Part shown: one piece after another, positions 9,016 to 19,487 of the stretch | How the letters are laid out: each line of letters opens with the position of its first letter | Numbering within the stretch: position 1 is the first letter of the stretch | Origin: Bacteroidia bacterium | GTDB taxonomy: Bacteria; Bacteroidota; Bacteroidia; CAIKAF01 | DNA length: 64,000 nt | Assembly: GCA_016742095.1 (NCBI GenBank) | Contig: JACVCJ010000007.1 | Location: 59,854 to 123,853, forward strand | Direction of reading: 5' to 3' | The notes under the pieces: model-generated | Seen by the model: only the letters and a program-made list of their open reading frames with translations | What the model was told of the DNA's origin: nothing | Databases searched by the model: none | Position numbers and translations under genes: made by a program

Positions 9016-10583
9016 GTAAGGCCGGGGGTCAGGGGTTCGCACAGCTCCGTAAGCTTTTCGAAAGGAGCCGGGTTCAGGATGCCCAGGGTCTCGAACACCG
9101 AATTGTGGCGTTCCTGGAACACACCCTGCGGAAATATTTCGTTGCGTATACGCTCTACATGTTTCAGTCCGGCCTCGTGTTTCTGCACCAGGTCCTTCAG
9201 CGTACGGGCATAGAGCCGATCGATGATCTTTTCCGATCTTTTTTCGGCCGCGGCTACGTAACGGGCCGATATCTTACCCTGCTGTCCGTAATAGTCGATC
9301 GCTTTCTGCATTTCGTTGCGGATGGCGTTCTTCCATTCATCGGCAAAAAGCAGGTCTTTTTCGTTCTGCAGTACAAAGGTTTTCTTCAATTCTTCCAACG
9401 GCTTCCAGAAATCGGCAGGTTTCAGCCCGTCCTTTTCCATCTGCATGAGCGATTTTTCGCGCAGGAACAGGAAGTTGTCGCGCGCCACCAGTACCGGGTA
9501 GGGAATTCCGGCGGCATCGAAAATACCTTTCAGCTGCAGCCAGTATTTCAGTTCGGCGGGACCACCCACATAGGCAATGTTCGGCAGGATCACTTCCTGG
9601 TACACCGGGCGCAGCACCACATTGGGACTGAAACGCTCCGGGTATTGCTGCAATTCGGCATGGATCTCCGCGGCGCTGAATGTCTTTTGTCCGGCCGTAT
9701 AGCTTCCGTCCGGCTGTTGTTCGATGCGTTCGCGGCTGTTGCCGTCCAGGTAAAAAAGATTGATCTCCCGGGCGTGTATCTGCGGATGCGAGCCCAGTTC
9801 CTGCAATACGGCAGCGGCCTCGTTCACTTTTGCGTAGGCAAACCCCGAAAGTTCGCGCTGCATCAGGGGGGCGAACAGCTGCTTCAGGTCATGATCGTCG
9901 GCATCGATACAGATGAGGCCTGAATCACCGAACCATTTGTGTACCAGGCGCCGTACCGCTTCCGAAAGGGTGGCCGATTCCGTATAAGCCTTTTTTACAT
10001 CGGCAAACAGCGAAGAGACCGAAAGTTCAGTTACATCGGCCTCGGCCGCCTGCAATGCCGCCAGGGCCTCTTCTGCCGGAAAACGCCCTACCGCACCGGC
10101 ACAGGCCGTGGTATAGGCATATTTTTTTTCGCCGATAAAAAAGTGGTTGATCTCTTCGAAATCGTGATCTTCGGACGCGGCCCAGTACACCGGCACAAAG
10201 GTCTTTCCGGGGAAACGTTCGGTTAACTGACGGGCCAGGCGGATCACCGAGGCGATCTTGATCACGAAATAAAGCGGTCCGGTGGCCAGGCAAAGCTGGT
10301 GACCGGTGGTGACCGTAAAGGTATCCGCTTGCGTGAACGCCTGTAAAGAAGCCTGAACGGCCTTGTTCTTAGGCAGGGACTTGTATTGGGCAGACAGTAC
10401 TTTATGCAGTACCGTACGGTTTTCGTTGCTGAAATTTTTCTGCTGAAAGGCGGCCTCAAGGCCTGCGAAGGTGGAAGGATGTGCTGCCAGTGCGAGGAAT
10501 GGCGAGCCGGGTGTTCGTAAAGAAACTACTTCCCGGGGCAATAATGCGATCTCATCGGGTTGAAAAAATTCCGTTCGAATCAT
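8997..10583 (-). CDS. bshC: bacillithiol biosynthesis cysteine-adding enzyme BshC
   Basis: About 528 aa from the ATG at 10581-10583. Contains the characteristic TTGHQLCLATGPLYFVIKIASVIRLARQL block and overall BshC-like length. The longer ORF to 10661 adds an unlikely extension. Confidence 0.8.
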   Translation of the reverse strand: MIRTEFFQPDEIALLPREVVSLRTPGSPFLALAAHPSTFAGLEAAFQQKNFSNENRTVLHKVLSAQYKSLPKNKAVQASLQAFTQADTFTVTTGHQLCLATGPLYFVIKIASVIRLARQLTERFPGKTFVPVYWAASEDHDFEEINHFFIGEKKYAYTTACAGAVGRFPAEEALAALQAAEADVTELSVSSLFADVKKAYTESATLSEAVRRLVHKWFGDSGLICIDADDHDLKQLFAPLMQRELSGFAYAKVNEAAAVLQELGSHPQIHAREINLFYLDGNSRERIEQQPDGSYTAGQKTFSAAEIHAELQQYPERFSPNVVLRPVYQEVILPNIAYVGGPAELKYWLQLKGIFDAAGIPYPVLVARDNFLFLREKSLMQMEKDGLKPADFWKPLEELKKTFVLQNEKDLLFADEWKNAIRNEMQKAIDYYGQQGKISARYVAAAEKRSEKIIDRLYARTLKDLVQKHEAGLKHVERIRNEIFPQGVFQERHNSVFETLGILNPAPFEKLTELCEPLTPGLTCVIYS

Positions 10584-10693
10584 TGCCCAAAGTAACGTAA
10601 AATTTGACGGAAGACGTAAAAAGAAAACAGGCCGCCCCCATGAAAAGGCAGCCTGTTTCACCTTGTAACCCCTCTACTCTTCTTTTTTGTTCG

Positions 10694-11041
10694 TTATTGA
10701 ATTTTCCAGAAATACGGTTCGCAGGGCAGTATCTTAGGTGTTCCTTTGATGGCGCAGGGTTCCGGGTCCAGTAAACTGCCCTGTGTGGTACACCCTTTTA
10801 CCACGGCTTTCAGGTCGCCACTGGAACGGTAATCGTACACCGCCACGTTAAAAGCATCCTGCGCACCGGGAGCCAGGTCGCCCAGGAAAGACCCGTAATA
10901 GAATACCGATACGCTGTCGGTAAGCGCATTCTGCACCGTGAGATCGGCACGTTTTTCTTTTTCGCAGCTTTCCTTGCAGGAAAAAAGACTGCCTGCCGCT
11001 ACGAGGGCCGTTACGCCCAGGATGTATTTACCCGTTTTCAT
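10694..11041 (-). CDS. small Cys-rich lipoprotein, last gene of the efflux operon
   Basis: 115 aa from the ATG at 11039-11041 (MKTGKYILGVTALVAAGSLFSCKESC...), with a lipobox and six Cys residues. Overlaps the permease stop by 14 nt. The upstream part of the 193-aa ORF is antisense to the permease and was rejected. Confidence 0.6.
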   Translation of the reverse strand: MKTGKYILGVTALVAAGSLFSCKESCEKEKRADLTVQNALTDSVSVFYYGSFLGDLAPGAQDAFNVAVYDYRSSGDLKAVVKGCTTQGSLLDPEPCAIKGTPKILPCEPYFWKIQ

Positions 11042-12206
11042 TATTTCTTTTGATTTTATAGTATTTGTATTGAAGGGAGATCCAGGCCAGAACGCCATAC
11101 ACGGCCAGCTGTATGCCAAGCACCTGTATGGGCGCCTGCACCTGTGCCAGGGAAGCGTCGGACACCCACACTTTGCGGAAAATTTCCAGGAAAGGTGTAA
11201 GCGGAATGGCCTGTGCGATCCACTGAACGGCCTGCGGCATCTGCTCCAGGGGCCAGGTATAGCCGCTGAGCACAAAACTGGGCGTAGCCACCACCATGAG
11301 CAGTTCGGTAGCTTTCAGCTGAGCCGGCACCCAGATGCTTACCAGCACACCCATGCAGAGCACCGCCAGTATAAACAGGTTGGCCGGCAGGACCAGGCGC
11401 AGCATGGAAGCCGCCAGGGGCACACCCAGGATGTAGTGCGCCAGTATAAAAAAGCCCAGGATGGCCCAGGCACCCAGCCAGTACGGTATTATTTTGGCCA
11501 GCAGCGCCTGTATGGGAAAGCGCGCGCGGCGCATCAGTTCTATACCGAACGTGTTGTGTTCCCATTCCCAGGCAAAGGTAAGGGCCGCAGCCAGCAGCAA
11601 CACCTGCTGCAATACGGTAAGCAGCATACCCGGCCACAGAAAATTCATGTAATTGCCCGAAGGGTTGCCGTTGCGCACGTAGGATATACGAAAAGGCTCA
11701 AACCGTGACAAAGCTTCAGACGCAGGCACCCCGCTCTTTTTCAGGGCTTCCGTTTCCAGGCCGGCATTCAGTGTGCCCAGGGAGGTTTGCACCGCACGGG
11801 TGGCGAAATTGGCCGTGAGCACATTGGCCATATTCACGTCTATACGCACTTCGGGATAACGGCGCTGCAACACATCGGCTTCAAAATTTTCGGGAATGTA
11901 TACGGCCAGGGCGGCATTGCTGCGTAGCATCGCATCTTTGGGATCTTCATCCCCCGAAAGTACGGCCGCAATGTGCAGGGTCTCGTTCTCTTCGAGCATA
12001 TCCGCAGCGCGGGCGCTCAACGGCGAACGGTCGGCGTCTACCAGTACCAGCGGCAGTTCCGTTACTTTACCCGAGCGGTATACCGAACCCAGCAGAAGCG
12101 CATAACACACCGGCGCACCCAGGAAGATGACCCGCAGCACCGAATTGCTCCAGAGCAGGCGAAACTCCCGCAGGATAAGGCCCCATGTATCTTTAAGCAG
12201 TTTCAT
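11028..12206 (-). CDS. ABC-2 type transporter permease
   Basis: 392 aa with an N-terminal TM segment, a large loop and then about five C-terminal TM segments (YbhS/YbhR-like ABC-2 architecture). Lies directly downstream of the HlyD-family gene. Confidence 0.8.
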   Translation of the reverse strand: MKLLKDTWGLILREFRLLWSNSVLRVIFLGAPVCYALLLGSVYRSGKVTELPLVLVDADRSPLSARAADMLEENETLHIAAVLSGDEDPKDAMLRSNAALAVYIPENFEADVLQRRYPEVRIDVNMANVLTANFATRAVQTSLGTLNAGLETEALKKSGVPASEALSRFEPFRISYVRNGNPSGNYMNFLWPGMLLTVLQQVLLLAAALTFAWEWEHNTFGIELMRRARFPIQALLAKIIPYWLGAWAILGFFILAHYILGVPLAASMLRLVLPANLFILAVLCMGVLVSIWVPAQLKATELLMVVATPSFVLSGYTWPLEQMPQAVQWIAQAIPLTPFLEIFRKVWVSDASLAQVQAPIQVLGIQLAVYGVLAWISLQYKYYKIKRNNENG

Positions 12207-12209
12207 GAT

Positions 12210-13172
12210 CTAACGGATAAGGTATACGGTACTGTTGGTGATCCAGCTGTTGGATGCAGCCGTGTCCTGCGGTTCCAGCACAATTTCGAATACAGACTGG
12301 CCGGGAGCGGCTTCGGGACGTGTAGACGATATATCCGCATATTTCGCCAGGGCACGTACGGCCACTACTTCCGCCTTCAGCTCCTTGTTATCGAATGCCG
12401 TTTTTACGGTACAAAGCGTACCGTTCTGCAGGCCTTTTACTTCTGATTCAGGCAGGGTAAAGCGAAAGGATTCCGAGCCGTCCATATACCCGCTGATGAG
12501 CGAATAACCAGGCAGCAGCAGTTCGCCTACGTGCAGGGAAATCGTTTCTACGGTCATGTCGCAGGGCGCAATGAGTATACGTTCCTGCAGGGCGGTCTGT
12601 ACTTCCTGGTAAGCCCCGAGGGCGCGTTTTTTCTGTCCCAGGGCCATTTCTTTGCTTTCGTAACGTACACCCGAACGCGCTTCGGCCTGCTCGGCCTTTA
12701 CGGCATCGAACTGGGCTTTGGCGCCCTGGTAACGGGCAAAGGCTTCGTCGTATCTCTGGCGGGAGATCAGGGAGTCCTTCAGCATGGCAGAAAGGCGATT
12801 CAGCGATTTTTCGGCAAAATGATACTGTTCTTCCAGTCCGGCGTATTTGGCATCGAGTTGTTTCAGCTGGTTCTCGGTGGCGCCGTTCAGTGTCATCTGG
12901 TACTGCGCATCGGCCGATAAGCGGGCACCTTCGGCCTGGGCCAGTTTTGCCTCGGCTTCGGGTACGGACAGTATGGCCAGGGTATCGCCCTTTTTCACGT
13001 GTTCGCCTTCGCGTACCTTCAGTATTTCCACGCGACCGGGCACTTTACCGGAGACATACACCAGGTCCCGTTTCAGTTTGCCGGAGGGCGGCGCCTGTTT
13101 GCCGGAACCGGTCCCGCAGGCCGCCAGTGAAAGCATAAGTATAAAAATCCCGCTGTTTCGGATCGTTTTCAT
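12210..13172 (-). CDS. HlyD family membrane-fusion (periplasmic adaptor) protein
   Basis: Start at the ATG 13170-13172 (MKTIRNSGIFILMLSLAACG). Has a lipoyl-like segment (VKKGDTLAILSVPE), coiled-coil hairpin segments and a beta-barrel tail. Confidence 0.8.
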   Translation of the reverse strand: MKTIRNSGIFILMLSLAACGTGSGKQAPPSGKLKRDLVYVSGKVPGRVEILKVREGEHVKKGDTLAILSVPEAEAKLAQAEGARLSADAQYQMTLNGATENQLKQLDAKYAGLEEQYHFAEKSLNRLSAMLKDSLISRQRYDEAFARYQGAKAQFDAVKAEQAEARSGVRYESKEMALGQKKRALGAYQEVQTALQERILIAPCDMTVETISLHVGELLLPGYSLISGYMDGSESFRFTLPESEVKGLQNGTLCTVKTAFDNKELKAEVVAVRALAKYADISSTRPEAAPGQSVFEIVLEPQDTAASNSWITNSTVYLIR

Positions 13173-13185
13173 GATTCGTTCTGTT

Positions 13186-14571
13186 TTATCTGATAAATGG
13201 TAACATCTGTCCTCTTGCCTGCAATACGGCGTAGTAAGCGCTGCGTTCGTTGCGCAGGGCCGTATGGTATTCCAGCCGGGCGCGACGCAGGTCCTGTTCG
13301 GCCGCCAGGTATTCACTGATGGAAATAAGTCCTTCTGCATAACTGGCGCGGGCCAGCACAAAGGCGGCCCGGGAAGCTTCGGCCTGGCGCTGTGCGGCGC
13401 GGATAGCGGCCTGTGCGCTCTGCAGGGTCTCCGTAGCTTTTACTTCGGCCAGGTTCAGCAGTTCGCGGCTGTCTTCTTCCTTCAGGCGATAGATCCGGGC
13501 TTCCAGGCCTTTTTCGTGACCTTCGAACACCTGTTCCTTCAGGTCGAAAAGCTTCCATTTGAATCCCACACCGGCATACCAGGCAGGCTGTACGGTAAGG
13601 GAATTCAGGCGCAGGTCGATGCGGTTGCCCGTCAGCGGCGTATACCAGGGCGTATTCAGGTACAGGTTGCGTACGTCGCCTGCGGCATATCCTGCAAAAG
13701 CTTTTACCTGGGGCAGAAAACGCAACGTACTCCGTTTATAATTCAGCCGGGCCGCTTCGGAGGCATAGTGCAGGGCCTGTATCTCGGGGCGTTGCTGGTA
13801 CGAGCCTTGTACGGGCATGTCCAGTTCCAGCAGGGGCGGCAAAACGAGAGAATCCACAGCCGCTTCAGAAATACCACAGAGCTGGGCCAGGCGACTGCGC
13901 AGCAACTGACGGTTACCCCGCAGTTCGGTACGGCGCAGATCCAGTTCGGCCGCGGCGGCATCCAGACGTTTAACATCGTAAGGTGCAGCCAGCCCATTGG
14001 CAACGGCCCCGTTCAGTACGCGGCGCTCGGCTTCCAGGCGCTGTACACTCTGGTCCAGCAGGGAATCATACTGGTACGTAAGCGCCAGGTTATCGATGGT
14101 TTCCAGCACATTGCGCACCAGTTCCACCTCTTCTTTCTCGTGACTGTATTCTTTCGCCTTTGTTTTATTTTCGAGGGCTTTATAGGCCAGGGGCGCCTGC
14201 AGACCGGTAAAGAGCACCTGCGATACGGACGCGTTCACAAAACCGCCGCGGCCCCCGTTCTGAAAGGAAGATGTGCCCTCGAACAGGTTGTAATCCGTTA
14301 CCGGAAGGTCTACGATAGGCGCATCGGCTTTGATATCCGCCTTAAAAACCCCGTACATACCCTGCGCATCCAGCGTAGGCGCATACACGGCCAGTACCGA
14401 ACGTTGTTCCGTGCGGGCCTTTTCCGTTTCGAGGCGGCTTACCTGCAGACCCTTGCTGTGCTCCAGGGCCGAAGCCGCCAGGCGGGCGCTGAGGGTATCG
14501 GTCTTTCCCTGCGCAAACAGCAGCGGTAGCACTGCATACATACATCCGGTCAGCCAAAGTTTCGTTTTCAT
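13186..14571 (-). CDS. TolC family outer-membrane efflux protein
   Basis: 461 aa with a signal peptide and two repeated alpha-helical/beta-barrel halves with typical TolC-like heptad-rich sequence. It is in an operon with the HlyD and ABC-2 genes. Confidence 0.8.
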   Translation of the reverse strand: MKTKLWLTGCMYAVLPLLFAQGKTDTLSARLAASALEHSKGLQVSRLETEKARTEQRSVLAVYAPTLDAQGMYGVFKADIKADAPIVDLPVTDYNLFEGTSSFQNGGRGGFVNASVSQVLFTGLQAPLAYKALENKTKAKEYSHEKEEVELVRNVLETIDNLALTYQYDSLLDQSVQRLEAERRVLNGAVANGLAAPYDVKRLDAAAAELDLRRTELRGNRQLLRSRLAQLCGISEAAVDSLVLPPLLELDMPVQGSYQQRPEIQALHYASEAARLNYKRSTLRFLPQVKAFAGYAAGDVRNLYLNTPWYTPLTGNRIDLRLNSLTVQPAWYAGVGFKWKLFDLKEQVFEGHEKGLEARIYRLKEEDSRELLNLAEVKATETLQSAQAAIRAAQRQAEASRAAFVLARASYAEGLISISEYLAAEQDLRRARLEYHTALRNERSAYYAVLQARGQMLPFIR

Positions 14572-14614
14572 TTCAAAAACAACATTTGTTTATGCAACTA
14601 TTTGTATAATTTTT

Positions 14615-15061
14615 TTATCGGTTCAGGTTATCAAAAACGCGGTACAGGGTCCGTTTCAATGCCAGCAGATCTTCTTCCGGAATGCCGTCGATGGCCTCGG
14701 TAATGGTGCGGTGCACGATCTCCGTGGCCACAGCTTCCATGCGGTGTCCTTTTTCCGTGAGGAAGATCAGATTCACGCGGCGGTCGCTCTCGTGTGCTTC
14801 CCGGCGTACCAGGTCTTTTTTCTCCAGGTTATCGATGAGGCGGGTGATGGCCGGTTTATCGCGGTAGGTACGGGCTGCCAGTTCGTGCTGGGTAAGTCCC
14901 TCTTCCTGCCAGAGTTCCGAAAGTACCGTCCATTGTTCCTGCGATACATCGATGCCCTCCTGTTTAAAATTACGGTGCAACGCTCTTCCCAAGGCCACAA
15001 AGGTCCTTCCTGTGAGCAGGTAGATCAGGTCCTGGTGTGTTATGGTTATCCAGTTTTGCAT
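14615..15061 (-). CDS. MarR family transcriptional regulator
   Basis: Winged-HTH core LTQHELAARTYRDKPAITRLIDNLEKKDLVRREAHESDRRVNLIFLTEKG. Start uncertain: ATG at 15061 or 15091, while the ORF-track start at 15097 is a TTG. Confidence 0.85.
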   Translation of the reverse strand: MQNWITITHQDLIYLLTGRTFVALGRALHRNFKQEGIDVSQEQWTVLSELWQEEGLTQHELAARTYRDKPAITRLIDNLEKKDLVRREAHESDRRVNLIFLTEKGHRMEAVATEIVHRTITEAIDGIPEEDLLALKRTLYRVFDNLNR

Positions 15062-15135
15062 GAGACAAAGGTAGTATAAATTTAGTTGCATAGACAACTT
15101 TATAGAAGGTATTTTGCATGTAAAATCATAAACAC

Positions 15136-15867
15136 TTACAAATCAGTGAAATAATTTTCAAATTCGGCATTCCATTCGGGTACCTGCAGACCGATTTCGG
15201 GTAAAAGTTGCTGCCAGTATTCCGGGAAAGGTACCTGTACCCGTATCTCCTCCCCGCTCCGCGGATGTTTCATGCGCAGGTACCAGGCGTGCAGCAGCAT
15301 GTTCTGCAATCCGTAACGTTCGCGGAACATCTTGTTGTGCTTGCATTCGCCGTGTTTCAGGTCGCCGATGATGTAATGCCGGGCATGGGCCATGTGTCGC
15401 CGTATCTGGTGCAGGCGTCCCGTAAGCGGTTTTACCAGGGCAATGCTGTAACGACTTTGCGGGTAACGGCTTACGTACACCGGAATTTCCGTTTGCTGCA
15501 GGCAGGCGTACAGGGTATGTGCTTCCTGTACCGTTCCGTTCTCTTTCAGCAGTTCTTTATCGATGCGTCCTTTTTCCGGCAGGTAGCCCCGCACCAGGCA
15601 TACGTAGTATTTCTGTGTTTCCGGTTTGCGGACCTCTTCCTGCAACAGGCGGTCGGTCTCCTTATCCAGGGCCAGTACCAGCACGCCGGAGGTTTTACGG
15701 TCGAGCCGGTGCGCCGGGTACACGCGGCAGCCCAGCTGATCGCGCAGCATCTGTATCACAAAATGTTCGGTCTCTTCGGCAATACGGGTACGGTGCACCA
15801 GCAAACCGGCGGGCTTGTTGATGATGACCATATACTCGTCGCGATAGAGAATTTCCAGTGGTCCCAA
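15136..15867 (-). CDS. RluA family pseudouridine synthase (TruC-like)
   Basis: 243 aa with the catalytic motif HRLDRKTSGVLVLA and the downstream LHQIRRHMAH block. Confidence 0.85.
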   Translation of the reverse strand: MGPLEILYRDEYMVIINKPAGLLVHRTRIAEETEHFVIQMLRDQLGCRVYPAHRLDRKTSGVLVLALDKETDRLLQEEVRKPETQKYYVCLVRGYLPEKGRIDKELLKENGTVQEAHTLYACLQQTEIPVYVSRYPQSRYSIALVKPLTGRLHQIRRHMAHARHYIIGDLKHGECKHNKMFRERYGLQNMLLHAWYLRMKHPRSGEEIRVQVPFPEYWQQLLPEIGLQVPEWNAEFENYFTDL

Positions 15868-15868
15868 A

Positions 15869-17035
15869 TCAGTGTACTTCTACTCCGACGGCCAGGGTTC
15901 TGGCCTTATCACGGAGGGCGTTCATATCCGTATCCAGGTTGTCATAGACCAGCACCACGCCCATGCGTCGGTAGGGACGTGTAACCGGCTTGCCGAAGAG
16001 GCGTATATCGGTACGTACTTTTTCCAGTACGGCCTCTACCCCGCTGAACTCCGGGAAACGATCGTTCGCTTCCGTAGCCAGTATCACAGCGCTTACCCCG
16101 CTTTTCAGCAGTTCGATCTGCGGAACGGGCAGTCCCAGCAGGGCACGTGCATGCAGTTCAAATTCGTTCAGGTTTTGGGTACCGGCCAGGGTTACCATGC
16201 CGGTATCGTGTGGGCGGGGCGATAACTCGGAGAAATACACGCCTTTTTCGCCCAGGAAGAATTCCACACCCCAGATACCGCTTCCCGTGAGGGCTTTGGT
16301 GACCTTAGCGGCCATTTCCTGAGCTTCTTTCAGCAGTTCGGGCGCAATGGTGCAGGGTTGCCAGCTTTCCTGGTAATCGCCACGCTCCTGTACGTGCCCG
16401 ATGGGCGCACAGAACAGGGTTTCGCCGTTCTGCTGGGTGAGGGTAAGCAGGGTTATTTCGGTATCGAATTGTATGAATTCTTCAACGATCACTTCGGCAA
16501 TATCGCCGCGTTTGGCTTCCATGGCGTAATTCCAGGCCTTTTCTACATCTGCTTCGCTGCGTACCACGCTCTGTCCCTTGCCGCTGCTGCTCATCAGGGG
16601 TTTTGCCACGCAGGGAAAGCCCAGTTTTGCCACCGCCGTGCGGAATTCCTCCAGCGTAGTGGCGTAGTAATATTCGGCCGTACGCAGTCCCAGCTCTTTC
16701 GAGGCCAGGTCGCGTATCAGTTTGCGGTTCATGGTAAAATTGGCGGCGCGGGCACTCGGCACCACCTGTATACCCTGTGCCTCAAAATCGTAGAAACATT
16801 CCGTGCGGATGGCTTCCACCTCGGGCACGATAATATCGGGACAGTGCTTTTCCACCACGGTTTTCAGCGCTTCAGCGTCCAGCATACTGATCACTTCGGA
16901 CGCATGCGCCACCTGCATGGCGGGGGCATGGGCATAATTATCCACGGCAATTACATACTGACCCAGGCGCTGCAGGGCGATCACCACTTCTTTTCCCAGT
17001 TCACCGCTCCCCAGCAGCATCACTTTCTTTCTCAT
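15869..17035 (-). CDS. purT: formate-dependent phosphoribosylglycinamide formyltransferase
   Basis: 388 aa, [14 protein letters not shown]...ATP-grasp...SSSGKGQS..., reading as PurT end to end. Confidence 0.9.
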   Translation of the reverse strand: MRKKVMLLGSGELGKEVVIALQRLGQYVIAVDNYAHAPAMQVAHASEVISMLDAEALKTVVEKHCPDIIVPEVEAIRTECFYDFEAQGIQVVPSARAANFTMNRKLIRDLASKELGLRTAEYYYATTLEEFRTAVAKLGFPCVAKPLMSSSGKGQSVVRSEADVEKAWNYAMEAKRGDIAEVIVEEFIQFDTEITLLTLTQQNGETLFCAPIGHVQERGDYQESWQPCTIAPELLKEAQEMAAKVTKALTGSGIWGVEFFLGEKGVYFSELSPRPHDTGMVTLAGTQNLNEFELHARALLGLPVPQIELLKSGVSAVILATEANDRFPEFSGVEAVLEKVRTDIRLFGKPVTRPYRRMGVVLVYDNLDTDMNALRDKARTLAVGVEVH

Positions 17036-18011
17036 ATTTTTCGGCTAACAGTTTTTCAATTCCAGTTACTACGGTTTGTGCTTCTATACTTTCCATACAG
17101 GTGCAACGGTCGGGGCGTTTACGGCACCAGCGGCAGGGTTCCGCCACGGAAAGGGCTGTGGCAAATGGCCCCAGCGGCCCCCAGCGGCGTGCAAAAATAG
17201 GACGCAGGGGTGAATAGATGCCCACGGCTACTTTACCCAAAGCGGCGGCAATATGCAAAGGGCCCGTACTGCAGGCAACCAGTGCATCGGCCTGTTGAAT
17301 TTCGTTCATGAACTCCGTTAAGGACTGTGATCCCGACAGGATTCGAACCTGTGACCTGCTATTGGACAGCCAGTTCGAAATCCGTTCTTTTTCTTCTGCC
17401 GATCCGCTGATCCAGACCTCAAAGCCACGCTGCTGCAACAACTGCACCAGTTCGGTATAGCGATGCAGAGGCCACTCGCGGGCGCTGCCGGCCGAAAAAG
17501 GATGCAGAATTACCCGGCGTTTTTCGGGTGCATGCGGCGGCAACGGCAAACGCAGCAGTTCCATGGCACGTATCTCCTCCAGGCCGGGCAGTTTACCCGT
17601 ATCAAAGACGCGCAGCAGCTGCAGGTTCAGTTCGGCCTCGTGCAGGTCAGAACGGCTGCGGCTCAGCAGTATGGAATGCGTTAGTTTGGGCCACATCCGT
17701 ATTTTATTCCGGATGCCCACGCGTACAGGTATGCGCAGCTGAGCGGCCTTGCGGGCCACCTCCAGGTCGGGGTACAGGTGTAGGATGGCTCCGTAGTCCG
17801 GGATTGCGGCCGAGGCCAGGAACGTTTCACGGTCCTCGTACCGGTCAATATGCGGACAATGTTCGATCAGAGCCCGGGTGTAGGACGTGCCCAGGAAACC
17901 GATAAAAATATCCGGACGTACCTGCTTCAGGAAAGCCGCCAGCGGAAAGCACAGCAATACATCGCCGAGGCGGTCTGTTCTACTTAGCAATATGCGGTCG
18001 GGCAGGTTCAT
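17001..18011 (-). CDS. glycosyltransferase family 9 protein (heptosyltransferase-like)
   Basis: 336 aa with N-terminal [10 protein letters not shown] and C-terminal [12 protein letters not shown], both typical of GT9. Overlaps the purT start by 35 nt. Confidence 0.8.
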   Translation of the reverse strand: MNLPDRILLSRTDRLGDVLLCFPLAAFLKQVRPDIFIGFLGTSYTRALIEHCPHIDRYEDRETFLASAAIPDYGAILHLYPDLEVARKAAQLRIPVRVGIRNKIRMWPKLTHSILLSRSRSDLHEAELNLQLLRVFDTGKLPGLEEIRAMELLRLPLPPHAPEKRRVILHPFSAGSAREWPLHRYTELVQLLQQRGFEVWISGSAEEKERISNWLSNSRSQVRILSGSQSLTEFMNEIQQADALVACSTGPLHIAAALGKVAVGIYSPLRPIFARRWGPLGPFATALSVAEPCRWCRKRPDRCTCMESIEAQTVVTGIEKLLAEKYEKESDAAGER

Positions 18012-18769
18012 CAGCGGGTGTCACTTCGGTTGTACTGGCGTATTTTGGCGTATTTGGCAAAAGAGGAATACGCTGAAAAACTGCACACCAGGAAGCCGGT
18101 GTAGCCGTCCAGGAAACCCAGTTTTATAACGTAGGAATGTATAAATTTCCAGCAGCCCCCGAAGATCACTTTGAATACGGAACAATCCTTTCCTTCCCGC
18201 ACCGAGGCCCGGGCAGCTATTTCAGTGAATTTTTCGATCTGTTTCAGGTGCTCGGACAGGGTATAGTAACTGTAATGCAGCAGGTCGCCCCGGAGTTTTC
18301 CGTAGTCTCCGCTGCCCAGTTCCCATTTATCGTGCGGGTTTTGTCCGCCCCAGCGTCCTTTGCGACGGTCCCAGAGCCGGGCCTTACGGTCGGGATACCA
18401 GCCCGAATGCCGTACCCATTTTCCGCAGTAATTGGTAAGGCGGTTCATTTTGTAGGCATCGAAAGTCGGATGGGCCAGCGCTTTACGTATCGAATCTTCC
18501 AGTTCCGGGGTCAGGGCCTCGTCGGCATCCAGGGAAAGTACCCAGTTGTGCGTGGCATTTTCTGCGGCGAAGTTCTTTTGTTCGATATGTCCCAGGAAAG
18601 GCTGTTCGATAACCCGGGCCCCGAAGCTGCGGGCAATTTCGGCCGTACGGTCGGTAGAACAACTGTCCACCACCAGTATCTCATCGGCCAGGGGAAGCAC
18701 GGATTCCAGGCACCGTCCCAGGTTTCGCTCCTCGTTCAGTGTTATGATGACCACGGATAACTTTTCCAT
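18011..18769 (-). CDS. glycosyltransferase family 2 protein
   Basis: 252 aa with LSVVIITLNEERNLGRCLESV...VVDSCSTDRT...LSLDADE (GT-A fold with a DxD-like motif). Its stop overlaps the GT9 start by 1 nt (TGATG). Confidence 0.85.
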   Translation of the reverse strand: MEKLSVVIITLNEERNLGRCLESVLPLADEILVVDSCSTDRTAEIARSFGARVIEQPFLGHIEQKNFAAENATHNWVLSLDADEALTPELEDSIRKALAHPTFDAYKMNRLTNYCGKWVRHSGWYPDRKARLWDRRKGRWGGQNPHDKWELGSGDYGKLRGDLLHYSYYTLSEHLKQIEKFTEIAARASVREGKDCSVFKVIFGGCWKFIHSYVIKLGFLDGYTGFLVCSFSAYSSFAKYAKIRQYNRSDTR

Positions 18770-18839
18770 CAGACTTAAATAACCGGAATTCGGGTTTTAC
18801 TTCGTTTCTTTGCACGAAGATATAAATACCTGAAGAGTT

Positions 18840-19481
18840 ATGCCGGATGACTATTTAAAATTTGCGATATACTGTTTCACTACGTTTATCACAATCATCA
18901 ATCCGCTGAGCATTATGCCGGTGTACCTGACCATGACCTCGGGCCTCACCCCGCAGGCGGCACGTTCAACGGCCATCCGTGCGGTTATTACGGCCTTTAT
19001 CACCATGATCACCTTTGCTTTTATCGGGGAAGCGCTTTTCAGTTTTTTCCAGATCACCACCAATGGCCTTAAGGTCGCGGGCGGTATCATTTTCCTGCTG
19101 ATGGGTATGGACATGCTGCAGGCCCGTCTGCCCAAGATACGGGTAAAGAAAAAAGAAGTAAAGGCCTATGTGACCGATATTTCCATTACGCCGCTGGGTA
19201 TTCCCATGATATGCGGCCCCGGCGCCATCACCAACTCCATTATCCTCATGGACAATGCCGAAGGCTGGACGCAGATCAGTATCCTGCTGGCCACCATGCT
19301 GGTGATCTGCCTCATTACCCTCATCGTGCTCATTTCCAGCCGCCGCATCCTGCGTGTGATCGGCGAAACCGGCAATACCGTTATGATGCGTATCATGGGG
19401 CTTATTGTAATGGTGGTAGCCGTGGAACTCTTCTTTGCCGGACTGAAACCCATTCTCCGGGACATCTGGAACATTCAATAA
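18840..19481 (+). CDS. MarC family (UPF0056) integral membrane protein
   Basis: 213 aa with about six TM segments. N-terminal FTTFITIINPLSIMPVYL is typical of the MarC family. Confidence 0.8.
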   Translation: MPDDYLKFAIYCFTTFITIINPLSIMPVYLTMTSGLTPQAARSTAIRAVITAFITMITFAFIGEALFSFFQITTNGLKVAGGIIFLLMGMDMLQARLPKIRVKKKEVKAYVTDISITPLGIPMICGPGAITNSIILMDNAEGWTQISILLATMLVICLITLIVLISSRRILRVIGETGNTVMMRIMGLIVMVVAVELFFAGLKPILRDIWNIQ

Positions 19482-19487
19482 ACGCCT

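Noticed and set aside
10694-11275. N-terminal extensions of several ORF-track entries: 10694-11275, 12210-13361, 41817-43352, 44390-44800, 54883-55470, 25087-25545 and 8997-10661.
   Set aside because: The extensions overlap upstream genes or intergenic promoters, and some begin at non-ATG codons. They also precede obvious signal peptides or canonical N-termini. I used the internal ATG starts instead.
15066-15073. TACCTTTG (minus strand), a perfect TAnnTTTG box just upstream of the MarR ATG at 15061.
   Set aside because: It lies only about 5 nt from that ATG and inside the alternative longer reading frame starting at 15091. It may be a leaderless-type promoter or pure coincidence. It is too ambiguous to annotate.
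17330-17372. A tRNA-like T-arm: on the minus strand, ACAGGTTCGAATCCTGT gives a perfect 5-bp T-stem with a TTCGAAT loop.
   Set aside because: It lies in frame inside the GT9 glycosyltransferase ORF and encodes ...SQVRILSG.... The flanking sequence does not form an acceptor stem: the 3' strand CGGGATC has no GATCCCG partner about 65 nt upstream. The D and anticodon arms cannot be drawn either. It is a coincidental look-alike.
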